Below, piece by piece: positions 37,425-47,780 of a stretch of DNA of 64,000 bases. Under the pieces are notes generated by a model. That model saw only the letters and a list, made by a program, of their open reading frames with translations, searched no databases and was not told where the DNA came from. Source of the stretch: Channa argus (Eukaryota); contig NC_090205.1 in NCBI RefSeq assembly GCF_033026475.1, positions 5,973,544 to 6,037,543 of the forward strand, given 5' to 3'. The translations under genes and the position numbers were made by a program. How positions within the stretch are numbered: the stretch's first letter is position 1; the number at the start of each line of letters is the position of its first letter.

Positions 37425-38524
37425 GACTTGTTTGAGACATTTGACGAACTCCCTGAAGGCCGATACCAGTCAAACCTTTTAGACGAGCTAGAAGATGAAG
37501 ATGAAGTATATGTTGATAAAGATAATGATGATGAATGGTCCGAGGAAAAGAGATTCTCTGAAGCAGTGGAAAACAGCTCGGATGAGGCCACAATTTCTCC
37601 ACAGTCCTTGCACCACATGGATGTTCTCTGTGTTCCTCCTCCCCCTCGCAGTTTTATTCCTACCACTTTTATACCATGTCTACCTCAATCTTCTGCAGTT
37701 GGTGGTTCAGTTAATCGTGTTTATTGTAGTCTGTCTCCAGCTCCTCCTGATTCAACCCCTCTTTCTCCTCCTTCTGTTTCCCATCTTTGTGGCCAATTTT
37801 CTCCTCATGCTTCTGTGGCTGCTCTACATTCTGCTGATTTTAGCCGTGCTCCTTCTTCTCCTGCCCAAAGTTTTGCTCTTTTTGGTTCAGCTGCTCCTGT
37901 TCTATGTGGTCTACCTCCTGCTCCTATTGTCTCAGCCGCTCCTTGTCCTCCTTCTGGCAGATTTGCTTTTAGCCAAATTTCTTCTCATGATTCTGTGCAT
38001 CCTCTGCGTTCTGCTTTTAGACCTCCTTTTCCTGCCCAAGGTTCTCCTTTTATTGGTTCAGCTGCTCCTGCTTCTTCTGCCCCACCTGCAGCTCCTCTTA
38101 TCGTAGCCCCTTCTTTCCCTTCTGTCCAATTTTCTGCTGATAGTAGCTTATCTCCACCTGTTCCATGTGCTTTATCTTCTGATGCTCTTCCCCCTCCTCC
38201 TTCTGCCCAAAGTTCTGTTGTTTTTGGTTCAGCTCCTACTCCAGTATACGCACGTCGCTTAAAACGCTCTTCACTTCAAGCCTGTGAGTCATTGGAGATA
38301 CCGGGGATTGCAGACAAGATCAACCTAGAAGATGATTTGCAAAGATCAGAAAAAAATCGTGTGGCAGAAGCTCAAGAAGAAACCACTAGATTTACTAGAT
38401 CTGCAAGAAGACTAAATTTACGGGAGAAATCATATGCTGCACCGCTTCGAGCTCGACTCGCTAAAAAGCCGTTTAGAGCTCATGATGAACATGCATCTCA
38501 AACTGATATAAAGGAGCCGCGCAG
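37425..38524 (+). CDS. parp4: parp4 exon 30: a 1.1-kb Ser/Pro/Ala-rich low-complexity exon (DLFETFDELPEGRYQSNLLDELEDEDE...PPPPRSF...FGSAAP repeats...DIKEPR). It corresponds to the disordered C-terminal region of PARP4.
   Basis: It lies inside the 366-codon ORF 37428..38528. The acceptor is ctcatag|gac and the donor is gcgcag|gtgagt (phase 2). Human PARP4 has an equivalent large P/S-rich exon. The internal sequence is repetitive (S..A..FGSAAP...P). Confidence 0.7.
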
Positions 38525-38996
38525 GTGAGTCCCCCCTCAAAAAACATTGTTTTGAATGTTCCGTGTGCAGTATTTACAGCATGCATGTTTGAAAGGAGGA
38601 TAAATTCAGTGCGGTGCCTCACTTTATTTTGAAAGGGCATATGCTGTTTGTCAGCATATTTAATGCACATTTGATGCACATCATCAGAAATTAATTAAAG
38701 TTAATGCTAATTAATTTATCAGGGGGATGCAAATGTTTGTACTTTTGTAATTATCATTATTTTACTACTTTTTACTTTTTTAATACTCCTGGATCTTTTT
38801 TTTCTTTTTTTTTATCTAATGATGAAGGAACATTTGTATTAGCTGATGGTGCATTGCCACTTCAAAATAATGGGTTGTAAGCTTTTTTATCCAACTGTAA
38901 GTCTGTAAGTCTAAGTCTTTTGTTCCTGGATATGCAGATGTTATAAGTCTCACTCTATTGTCTATATTCATTGAGTGTCCTGCTGTGATTGTGTAG

Positions 38997-39069
38997 TTTA
39001 AGGAAAAAACTACCTGACCCTGAAGCGCTGAAGCTCCAATGGACAAACATTTTTCAGATGCAGGACTCA
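38997..39069 (+). CDS. parp4: parp4 exon 31 (73 nt), found by frame logic: (S)LRKKLPDPEALKLQWTNIFQMQDS.
   Basis: It is needed to join the phase-2 end of exon 30 to the phase-0 start of exon 32. The acceptor is gtgtag|t and the donor is actca|gtaaga. WTNIFQMQDS followed by EGYWELTTELG aligns with human WTELLSLQTEDGFWKLTPELG. Confidence 0.65.
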
Positions 39070-39785
39070 GTAAGAGATTTTACATTTTTATTGCATCAGC
39101 TTGAATGTTGTTTCTGAACAGATGAAACATTTCATTCATATAGATAAAGATAGATCTATAGATATAGATATCGACAGATAGATGGATAGATGTGTAACAA
39201 ATTATATCTGATAAGATTAATTTAGCAGCAAGTTCCAGCACTACAGCATAACTGCATTTAATCTCAACTTTAGTTGAATTCCGTCTTACAGGTAAACAGA
39301 TGTATTTGTTGTTGGGGTTGTCAATCACACGGAGTTTAATTTACAGTGAACTACAGTTACTTTGATACACATTGAATATAATTGATGGGTTGTTGATGCA
39401 GTGTTAACAGTGGCCTTGCTTCATTTATAGTTTGGGTACATACACTTACTATTGTTGTCACCTCCACAGAAAAAAAAATCCCACAGTGCTTTTTTTTTTT
39501 TTTTTTTTTCCCACAACTCAAGTAGTGTATGTGTATTGGTCCAATAGGTGAAAGCTTTGGAATTAGGGGATCAATTTCATTAAAATTAAGTTTATTATAT
39601 GATTATAAAAATAGAAAACTTTGTGTGTTATTGACTTGGATTTGCATAGTAACAACATGTACACGTACGTGTGCTTGATTATAACGGTGCTTTGCTTATG
39701 CTAACAATCTATAGAGTACTGAACGCTTGCTATTATAGTTGTTCTTGCCACATTACAAAAGACCTGTGCTAATTGTGTTTTGCAG

Positions 39786-39888
39786 GAAGGCTACTGGGAG
39801 TTAACCACAGAACTGGGTGAATTAATAAATGTTGATCTGGATACATTTGCCAATGTGTTCCTGAAAAACAAGGGCATCAATTCTCTAG
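39786..39888 (+). CDS. parp4: parp4 exon 32 (MVP-interaction region): EGYWELTTELGELINVDLDTFANVFLKNKGINSL.
   Basis: Acceptor ttttgcag|gaa, donor tctag|gtgagg. It matches human DGFWKLTPELGLILNLNTNGLHSFLKQKGIQSLG. Confidence 0.85.
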
Positions 39889-41257
39889 GTGAGGACTCTT
39901 AAAACCTTTTTCAAGCCTTCACAGTGAAAATATATCACATTTTATTTACATTGTTGTAAATGTAACTAAAATTTCATATATTGCCAAAATGCTGGTGGGT
40001 GTGAATACTTTTTTGGATGTTTTTAGGGATAAAGAAAAATAGTAAAAAAGTTAGAGATGAGCCTTATCACATCGTAAATATCATCAGTCATCCTTCCCCA
40101 TGATAAAACATTTGTCATTGACTTTATAGTTATAGTATAATGTGATTTGTTTCCATATGTACCAATAATGTGGGCATCACACAAATGCCTGCAAACGGAA
40201 CAAGTAGTTGCAGTCACATTAGTTCCAGCAAAGAATTAAACTTCTTTTATTTCAGAATAGTTTGTCAGTGTATTTAGGTAAACAATAATAACATGCATTT
40301 TATAATCAATATGAATAAAATGGATTTTTTCCCAATCGCTCAGCCCGAGGAAAGATGTTCTATTTTGACTTGATTTCACTTAAGTGTCTGTGCCTCCATT
40401 AAAATATGACTTTAGCCGTTACATTATTCATATTTTTAACAATCAATGAATTGTCTCTCATCTCATTTTGTGTCAGTCAGTGTCTGTAAGTTTGCAGTTG
40501 AGCTTAGCTCGTTATTTTATTATTTAAAAAGAATTAAAAACACATCACCATTGTCCTGGGTAACAGGTGTTTTCATTTCCAAATGCTTGGCTGAGACTTT
40601 AAAAAAAAAATATAAAACTTTCAAAAATTGTTTGAGTTCCACTGTACAGAGTTATTGTGATTCAGAGCATTTATTAAAAATGTCTCTACCAAGCATTTTG
40701 GAATAAAATGTGACCCTGTGAGCTGTGTTTAGGGTTTATAAGTGTAGTTTTGGGGTAACAGTAATCCAGAGCACAGACGAAGAAAATAATCCAGGACACA
40801 GACTGGTGGCCTTTATAAGTGAACACACAGTTTACAGGTGGCTTTGGTGCCTGAATTGATATTGTTGAAAATATGATTTATGTATTGATTGATCAGATGA
40901 TCCCTCCTGTAATAAAACACAAGTGAGTCACACAGTTGCACTGGGCGACATTTTTTCCTTAAAAAGAATTTGGCAGGTGTCTTAATGGTTTGTATGCTTG
41001 GGTGTTTACAAAAGTTTACATCTCCTTTTTTGAAATGTCAAATAATATTTGTTGCAGTCTAAACATCGGCACCCAACTGTGTGTGCACACATCAAAGTGT
41101 ACAAGCAGTTATAAAGGTATCAAGGCAAAACGTTTTTTATTGCTTACTTCTGCACTGGTGGAGCTGTGAAATGGTGATATCACATTTGTCTCAGCCAAGG
41201 TTTAATCTTCCCGCCTCCCTGCCATTAATAAAACATGCAAGTGTATGTGTGGTGCAG

Positions 41258-41387
41258 GTGTCACGGCACGTGCAGCGATCCTGAGGTTGGTGGCAACTCT
41301 TCTGGTTCTGCAGCTGATGAGAGTGAAGAAGCTGGAAGAAGGCAAACTGCTCCGGACCCTCTTCAGTTTGGACGACTCTCAGCCCAG
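41258..41387 (+). CDS. parp4: parp4 exon 33: (G)VTARAAILRLVATLLVLQLMRVKKLEEGKLLRTLFSLDDSQP.
   Basis: Acceptor ggtgcag|gt, donor cccag|gtctgt. It is in frame with ORF 41245..41439 and matches human VKGRECLLDLIATMLVLQFIRTRLEKEGIVFKSLMKMDDPSISR. Confidence 0.85.
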
Positions 41388-41805
41388 GTCTGTGCACCAC
41401 CAGACACAACAGCATACAGAAAGTAACATAAATGACTAAGTATTGTACATTTCAATCATAAAACTAGTTTAAATATGCGGGGGTGACGTCTAATGTTAAT
41501 AAAGTGCACTCCCCTCTAAAAGCATTGGAACAGTGAGGCCAATTGGTTTATTTTCTGCTGTAGACTGAAATCAATTGGGTTTGACATTTGGAGGGGTCCT
41601 AAACGTAGCCAGGGCTACTTTACACAATTGTTACAATTCGAATTAGCCAAGTAAAGCTGTTAAAAATGCATTATTACATTATTTATCCAGAATTATAGCA
41701 GAAAGGCTTGAAATGTCAGTAGAACATGATCTGTAAGGTAAACACATGACCTTATGAAGTGTGGAGTATTTTCCTCTTTTGGTAACAACTGACATCCTCT
41801 ACCAG

Positions 41806-42013
41806 GCCTGAGCGGTGGGAGGATGTGAAAAGGGCCGTGGACTGGGTTTCCTGGGCTGACCGGCAGTACCCGAGCGCCTACAGCCGGCTGGAGTTTGGAT
41901 TGAGCTGGGAGTCCTCCACCCGTCAGCTGCTGGGCTTTGACAGCCTCCCTCCCTTCTCTCCCCTCAGGGATCTGAACCTGCAGAAAACCACAAGTCCTGT
42001 GATGGTGTACTGA
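41806..42013 (+). CDS. parp4: parp4 terminal coding exon, with stop TGA at 42011-42013: (R)PERWEDVKRAVDWVSWADRQYPSAYSRLEFGLSWESSTRQLLGFDSLPPFSPLRDLNLQKTTSPVMVY*.
   Basis: Acceptor ctaccag|g. It is in frame with ORF 41825..42013 and matches human IPWAFEAIKQASEWVRRTEGQYPSICPRLELGNDWDSATKQLLGLQPISTVSPLHRVLHYSQG*. Confidence 0.9.
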
Positions 42014-42590
42014 GCAGGCTGACGTCAGCGAGGGATTGTGACGAGTGTTTTAGATTTGCATGCATTTTATAGCATTTTTTAACTTTTAAGAGGTCTATGA
42101 AAATCCTAACACATGACAAACAAATGTTACCTTCCCAAAAACTGCTGTTAAAATATTATATTTTAATATTTTTTCATATTTTGGGTTTTTTTAACCTTTT
42201 ATAGCCCATTGTGTTTACATACCTCCATGGGTTTTTCAGTAACAACAACATTAACAATTAAGTATTTATGTGTGAAGCAGCTACACGGCAAAGATGCTCT
42301 AGGGCAAAATCTAGTTTGGTTAATTACAGATACGTAGAAAAACAGTTCAAACTCCTATAATGAATGAAAATGCAAAGCAGGTGAGTTTATTACAAAAAGT
42401 GCCTAGTGATTGACAGTTAATACATAAACCAAAACAAACCAACAAATGTAAAAGTACATTACTCACAATACACAGGGATGTCAGCCTTGGTTTTTGTAGC
42501 CAGTATCTATCAGTCACACCTGACTTTCATAAACTAGAGTCCAGGTGGAGGTACTGTACTCAGTAATATTATTTTGAATGTTGAGATTAA

Positions 42591-42596
42591 AATAAA
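42591..42596 (+). terminator. parp4: Candidate polyadenylation signal AATAAA for parp4, ~580 nt past the stop codon.
   Basis: This is the first canonical aataaa in the 3' flank (gattaaaataaacattttgctgagc). No transcript evidence is available. Confidence 0.25.
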
Positions 42597-44202
42597 CATT
42601 TTGCTGAGCTGACAATCCAGTTTCCAGTAATACCCCTGCGACCCGAACCTGTCTTAAACACAACAACTCCACAAGACCAGCACTGTGAGGATTTTTCTAT
42701 TATTGTTATAAAAAATTCTGAGTTTTTAATCATAATATTAAACAGTCTTCACAACTAAAACACTTTTCACTTTGCACCTTTTGAGCGGCAGTGGTAAAAA
42801 TAACCGCTCATTTTATGCCCCAAAATTAAAGAGAACTAGAGCAAGAAGACATTTATCATTACAGTATGTGAATTACTGAAGTCTCCAGTAACTCACTGTT
42901 ACATTAAACACCCAGATTGTCATTGATGTGAAAGCTTTCCTACTGTCAGCTGCTCACACACACACACAAAATCAGTGACCTGGTTTCTCAAGTGCATGTA
43001 AATATAGAGAAAGGTGGTAATGCAATGAATCAGGTACAAAACTGCCTTTCACTGCAGCATTATAGACTGTAAGTTCATACAGAAGATGATGCACTCAGCT
43101 TCTGGCTGTGTACGTCAAATAAGATATAACCAGCTCAGGAAATGGTTGGTCTTTTAGTTTTAGTTTTATCTTATGTTAGTTTATCTTTTCTGGAACTGGC
43201 TGAAAGAAACTGTTTTACAGAAAGAAGAAACGCTTAACCACCTTTAAATATAGTGTATGTGCTTTGACGACATTTCATGAGTTTTGGAAATTTGAACAAA
43301 ATAGTATGTTGTTTGCATTTTTGCTTCTTCTTATTCTTTGGATTTTACACAAATGAGCACCTTCTTCAATAATACTTTTGAATAACTTCATATGTTAATG
43401 TTTGGCAACTGCTGGAGTACTGTGACCAACTGGAGACCAGAGGTTTGTTCATTTTAAGAAAGAAGTTACAGAGTTGGTGAAAATCTGCTAAATGTAATTA
43501 TTAGTTAGTTGGTGTTATTAGATGATCTTTGGAATGGTCGATATTTTTGGTGTGTGATCACAAACCAAATCAAACTTTCCTAAAATGTTAAAGTGCCTTA
43601 ATCCTTATTGTGTTTATTATCATCTTTGATTGTTAAGAAAACTTTTTTCCCCTTTTAGCTGCACTTTTATGCTGTTTTTATTAAACCTGTCAATAAAAAC
43701 TCAATAACTGATCAATGTGGTTACAGTATGTCCCTTGGCTCAGTAAGTTGACAATGAGTTTAATTTGAAGAAATGTTAAAGATATTAGATACAAAAAACA
43801 CAATTCACCAAGTGCATGTGTCAACAAAGATGCAAGTTAATAATTAACATGGTTTAGATGTGCTAGGATCTATTGAAAGCAAAAGAGGCCAACGTGCAAT
43901 TGAAATCTGAAGTTCTACTTTATATAATAATCATATTAGTTTAAGTAAAAAACTGATATTTAAAAAACATTTTAGACATTAGTTTCAGATGTGACTGCCT
44001 TTACACAGATGCAGTGTTTTAAAACTTCGGTTCAGTGCCAGATTATTATCTTGCAAACAGTTTTTGCCACCTCTAAAACTCATGACTTCCTCAGAAGTTG
44101 AAAAGGGGAAATTAAAAGCGTTGGGAGATGAATCGCTCACATATGCTGTAGTTTGAGCTGTAGAGCTGAGCCTTTAGGAAATACGTGGCATTTTTGGATG
44201 TG

Positions 44203-44272
44203 ATGGAGGAAATTTATGTGAATGTCGAACCTCAAAAACATCTGGCCCCGAGACCTTCAACAGATGAGACGG
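44203..44272 (+). CDS. C-type lectin copy A, exon 1 (cytoplasmic tail): MEEIYVNVEPQKHLAPRPSTDET(G).
   Basis: The ATG is at 44203 and the donor is acgg|gtgagt. It is paralogous to 54514-54584 in copy B. It is followed (after the transposon-bearing intron) by a signal-anchor exon. The domain order is that of type II CLEC4-like receptors. Confidence 0.55.
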
Positions 44273-44277
44273 GTGAG

Positions 44278-46831
44278 TCAATATCACCAGAGAGTGCCTT
44301 TCAACCCTCACAATACTCAAATATTTACATTTTAATTTACCATTCACTTTATGTCATGTCATAAATAGTAGACATTCAAGTATATAAGAAATATATTATC
44401 TGAGCTCCCACACTCCCCCATTTTTCAGAGCATATAAATATAAATACATAAAAGATTTTACATAAAACGTGTTTTTAAAGAAACATAATTTGCACATGTA
44501 TTTTATTCTTATTTGGAGAATAAAATTATATTTGGACACAGTTTTTTGTTTGCATGTTATTGCCCCCACACCTAGCTATTGAACAAACTGGATTATATAG
44601 GTATGATTGAATTATTATTTTAAATATTATTTTAAAATATCAAGATGACAGGGTGGATAAGCACACAACGGGGTGGACACATAAAGCACAACACAAAAAG
44701 CATGAGAAAATATGTCAATGGAACAATTATTCAACTTAAAAAAAGAAATGCAAAAATTAAATTCTCAATCACATTCATATAACCAAACATTTAGAACGGC
44801 CTGCTGTGGGGTCATGTCGTCGACTTGGAGAAATGGAGAAGAAGGCCAGAGGTGACTGGTCTTCAGCAGTGTAAAGTGCCCCTGTATGGAGAGTTGTCTG
44901 TTGGTGCGATCCTCCAACGTGGACTGCTTGAATTTCTTGGCTGTATTTGCACAAGTAATTTTCACTATAATCAATATGCAGCATGCACTCATCTGATTTT
45001 AGGGTCTCCCTGATTTTTCTGTAGGCTGTGTATTGCCATCTATATATTACGACTGTGGAGGACATTTGCCATGAGTTGTGTATTCTCATGTGTTTTGCAC
45101 AATCACGTGTTGCGGTCAGCCTCTGTGGGTGTAACAACTTATAATGGCCTAAGCCGGCAAAACATGCTGTATGACAGTTGGCCCTGCTGCTCAGATGTGT
45201 CTGTGAGTCATCTTTTTGCATATTTTTATTTTGTCGTGTGATTATTTGTTAGCAGCCTGGTTTCATACGGCTGACATCATCACGGAGAGAAAAAGACCTC
45301 ACTTCCCTCTTAATCTCCAGAGCTGCACCACTTTCTTTTTTCTTCACGGTTGCACAAAGATCCACACTGAGGGTTACATTTCTTTTTTTGGAGTAGCCAA
45401 ACGCCACTTTGTGTGTACTTCTCAAGTTTGTACTTTTTAAAATACTCCCAGAAGTCACCCTGGCAATCAGTTGTCTTTCTCTCTCAGTTTTTGCGTTTCT
45501 GTATTTTTGCCTGATGTTCTCAACCAGGGTGGTGTGAAATAGCAGGGCTCTCGTAATAGATGCCCTAACTTTTTGGGCTCTTACCAATTCCCTGACTTTT
45601 GAGTGAGGAGACACCGAAGGTTCTTGTCGCTTCATCCTCTGGTACCTCTTTTTGTATTTTTCCACTATTGTCCTGGCTTTAGCTCTGGCAGCTGTCTTTG
45701 CCTCCTTCCATTTTTTCCTTTGTGAACATTTTCCTCTCTGTGTGAGGTCATTAATAGCTTTCTTCTTGCTTGTATCTCTATCTTTTCTCCATCTCTCCCT
45801 TTCTTTCTTAAAGTATGCCTCTCTTTGTTCAGGGTTTGCATCCCGGCGTTTTGTGTATTGCCGTGCACTTTCTGCCGCACTCAGAGGCATGTCCTGAGAA
45901 CAGCAATGACTTTATGTTTTTTTAAATTACAAAACGTTATCTACAGCAGATGTTTTCTATAAAATGTAATATAAAATTTTTTATAAATTACAATATTAAC
46001 TTCAAATGAATGCTATGTCCACCCTGTCATATGTATGTCCACCCTATCGAGTCGAAGGGACCGACAGGGTGGACATTTTGGAACAACGATAGGGTGGACA
46101 TTTTGAGCTTCAATTAGCATATTATCTTACAACAAACTGTGACTATTTAAATAGTTAGTCTGGTTGTTGAAGAGAATTTGGTATATTTAAACTTACATAT
46201 TAAACTTAAATATTGTATTTTACTCACTTCTAGTGTATTTTATGCCGACAGGGTGGACATGTTAAGCTTTGGCAAAACAAGTAAGCGAACTCATATGAAT
46301 AAAATTTGTCATTTGGAAAGTCAGCAGCTCATTCACCTCAGCAGTAGAAATCCTGCCACTAAAGAGATAAAAAATCTGTTGTCCTGATGTCACTAATGGA
46401 GACAGACTTTTCTTAAAGGGGCAGATTCCGCAATACGACAGGGTGGACAACCATTCAAGGGACATGGACAACGCTATTTTTTTATTAAATAAAAATATTG
46501 TTTTTATTACAAAATGATCAATACACTAAATTTGAGTAATATCTTATTTAACAAAATATTAATAGGAAAACATTTTATTTTATTTTTATGATTTTATTCT
46601 CATTCAAATTTAATGAGCGGTGCCTGGGACATAGCAAAATAACACACATCCTTTTATACAAAACAAAAAAATATCTTGAAAATGTATCTAAAGAGCCAAG
46701 TAATGCTTCTGTTATGAATAAGAAACTTACCCTAATACAACACACCCTGTCATAGTCATTTGTATGTTAAGTTATCATGGCAAATGACTTATTTATGTTC
46801 AGGACACCAAAAGGCACAGTGATATTGATTT
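44278..46831 (-). mobile_element. ~2.56-kb DNA-transposon insertion with 10-bp terminal inverted repeats TCAATATCAC, in intron 1 of lectin copy A. It carries a frameshifted transposase-like gene on the minus strand and internal GGGTGGACA repeats.
   Basis: The left end is gag|TCAATATCACcag and the right end is cacaGTGATATTGA|tttg. Both flanks (gatgagacggg ... tttgtttgtttg) are contiguous in the paralogous copy B at ~54580-54600, which therefore acts as an empty site. Minus-strand ORFs 45249..45890 (213 aa, K/R-rich) and 44775..45221 (148 aa, ...HIDYSENYLCKYSQEIQAVHVGGSHQQTTLHTGALY...) are in different frames. There are six or more copies of gtccaccctgtc / gacagggtggac in both orientations at 46017-46450, and one at 44651. 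Confidence 0.65.
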
Positions 46832-46934
46832 GTTTGTTTGGTCAAACAGATGCTCACTGACTGTGCTTTGCCTGAATTTATATCATCAGCTTTCACTGTG
46901 GTATAACTGACTGGATTCATTGGTCTTTGCACAG

Positions 46935-47033
46935 GTTCAAGGAGCTCACAGAGGAGATTTTATGGAGCTCTTCTCTTTTTGGGGCTGTTGAGTGGTTTTC
47001 TTCTCGCTTTTCTCATCAGCCTCGGTGTCCACT
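46935..47033 (+). CDS. C-type lectin copy A, transmembrane (signal-anchor) exon: (G)SRSSQRRFYGALLFLGLLSGFLLAFLISLGVH.
   Basis: Acceptor tttgcacag|gtt, donor ccact|gtgagt. Only one frame gives a ~23-residue hydrophobic helix after basic RR residues. It is conserved in copy B (54692-54790). Confidence 0.6.
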
Positions 47034-47282
47034 GTGAGTTTAGATTTCAGTAGTATTATTAAGTATTATTTTTGCTCTGAAACATTTTTATTTAGGTATT
47101 TTTTGTCTAAGGTAAAAGTGCAGTCGTAGCTTTAGTTTTACTAAAGTTTGGGCGTTTAGACATTTCACATTTTGCATATAGTTGGAACAGATGTTGGAAA
47201 CCTAGAGCAAAACTACAACATATTTTCAATGTATTATGCTTTAGCTATTAGGACTCTAGATGTTTACCTTTTTTCGTTTTAG

Positions 47283-47488
47283 AAACATGTATCCTAAATG
47301 TATTTCAGACCGTGATTCATCACATCGTTTAGCTGCAGAGCTCTCTGCTGTTAAAGCCAATCTGACTGAGCGTTTTCAGGTCAGTGATGGTCAACTTTCC
47401 TTGATGACTGCAGAGAGAGACCAGCTGAATGCCAGCCTCATTGCAATGACTGGAGAGAGGAACAGGCTTCAGAGTTTGTCCAAACAGA
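47283..47488 (+). CDS. C-type lectin copy A, neck (coiled-coil stalk) exon: NMYPKCISDRDSSHRLAAELSAVKANLTERFQVSDGQLSLMTAERDQLNASLIAMTGERNRLQSLSKQ.
   Basis: It lies in ORF 47260..47616. The acceptor is cgttttag|a and the donor is acaga|gtgagtg. The heptad-like pattern matches CD209/CD23-type necks. The phase between the TM exon and this exon does not close directly (see findings). Confidence 0.65.
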
Positions 47489-47735
47489 GTGAGTGCTTTC
47501 CAGTACGTTGGTCTTGTTCCAATAACTTAATTTTGTTTGATTGTGTATTGATTTTTGTATCGTCTCCAATGAGAAACTGCAGTCCTAACAGAGTTTCCCT
47601 TCAGTTTTGGGATTGAGAAAGTTCACATTCTGCATGTAGCTGGAATAGATTTTGGAACCCAAATGAGAACTAGAACATATTTTCAATGCATTATACTTTA
47701 GCTATTATTACTATGAATGTTTACTTTGACTGCAG

Positions 47736-47780
47736 AGAGAGACCAGCTGAATGCCAGGCTTACGAGTTTGTCCAATCAAA
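47736..47780 (+). CDS. C-type lectin copy A, extra 45-nt in-frame neck mini-exon: (K)RDQLNARLTSLSNQ. It arose from a partial duplication of the neck exon and is absent from copy B.
   Basis: It has the acceptor tgactgcag|agagag and the donor tcaaa|gtgagtg, the same donor context as the parent exon. Its 45-nt length preserves phase 1, so inclusion or skipping both keep the frame. The upstream intron segment (ttcaatgcattatactttagctattattactatgaatgtttac) is duplicated with it. Confidence 0.4.

Noticed and set aside
37495-38106. 203-aa Leu-rich ORF on the + strand
   Set aside because: It is the +1 frame of the parp4 low-complexity exon 30. This is a compositional artefact of the CT-rich repeat.
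45249-45890. Possibility that the 213-aa K/R-rich ORF is a host gene (for example a nuclear protein)
   Set aside because: It sits inside a TIR-bounded insertion that is absent from the paralogous copy. It is frameshifted relative to the adjacent ORF and is accompanied by subterminal repeats. This is the transposon context.
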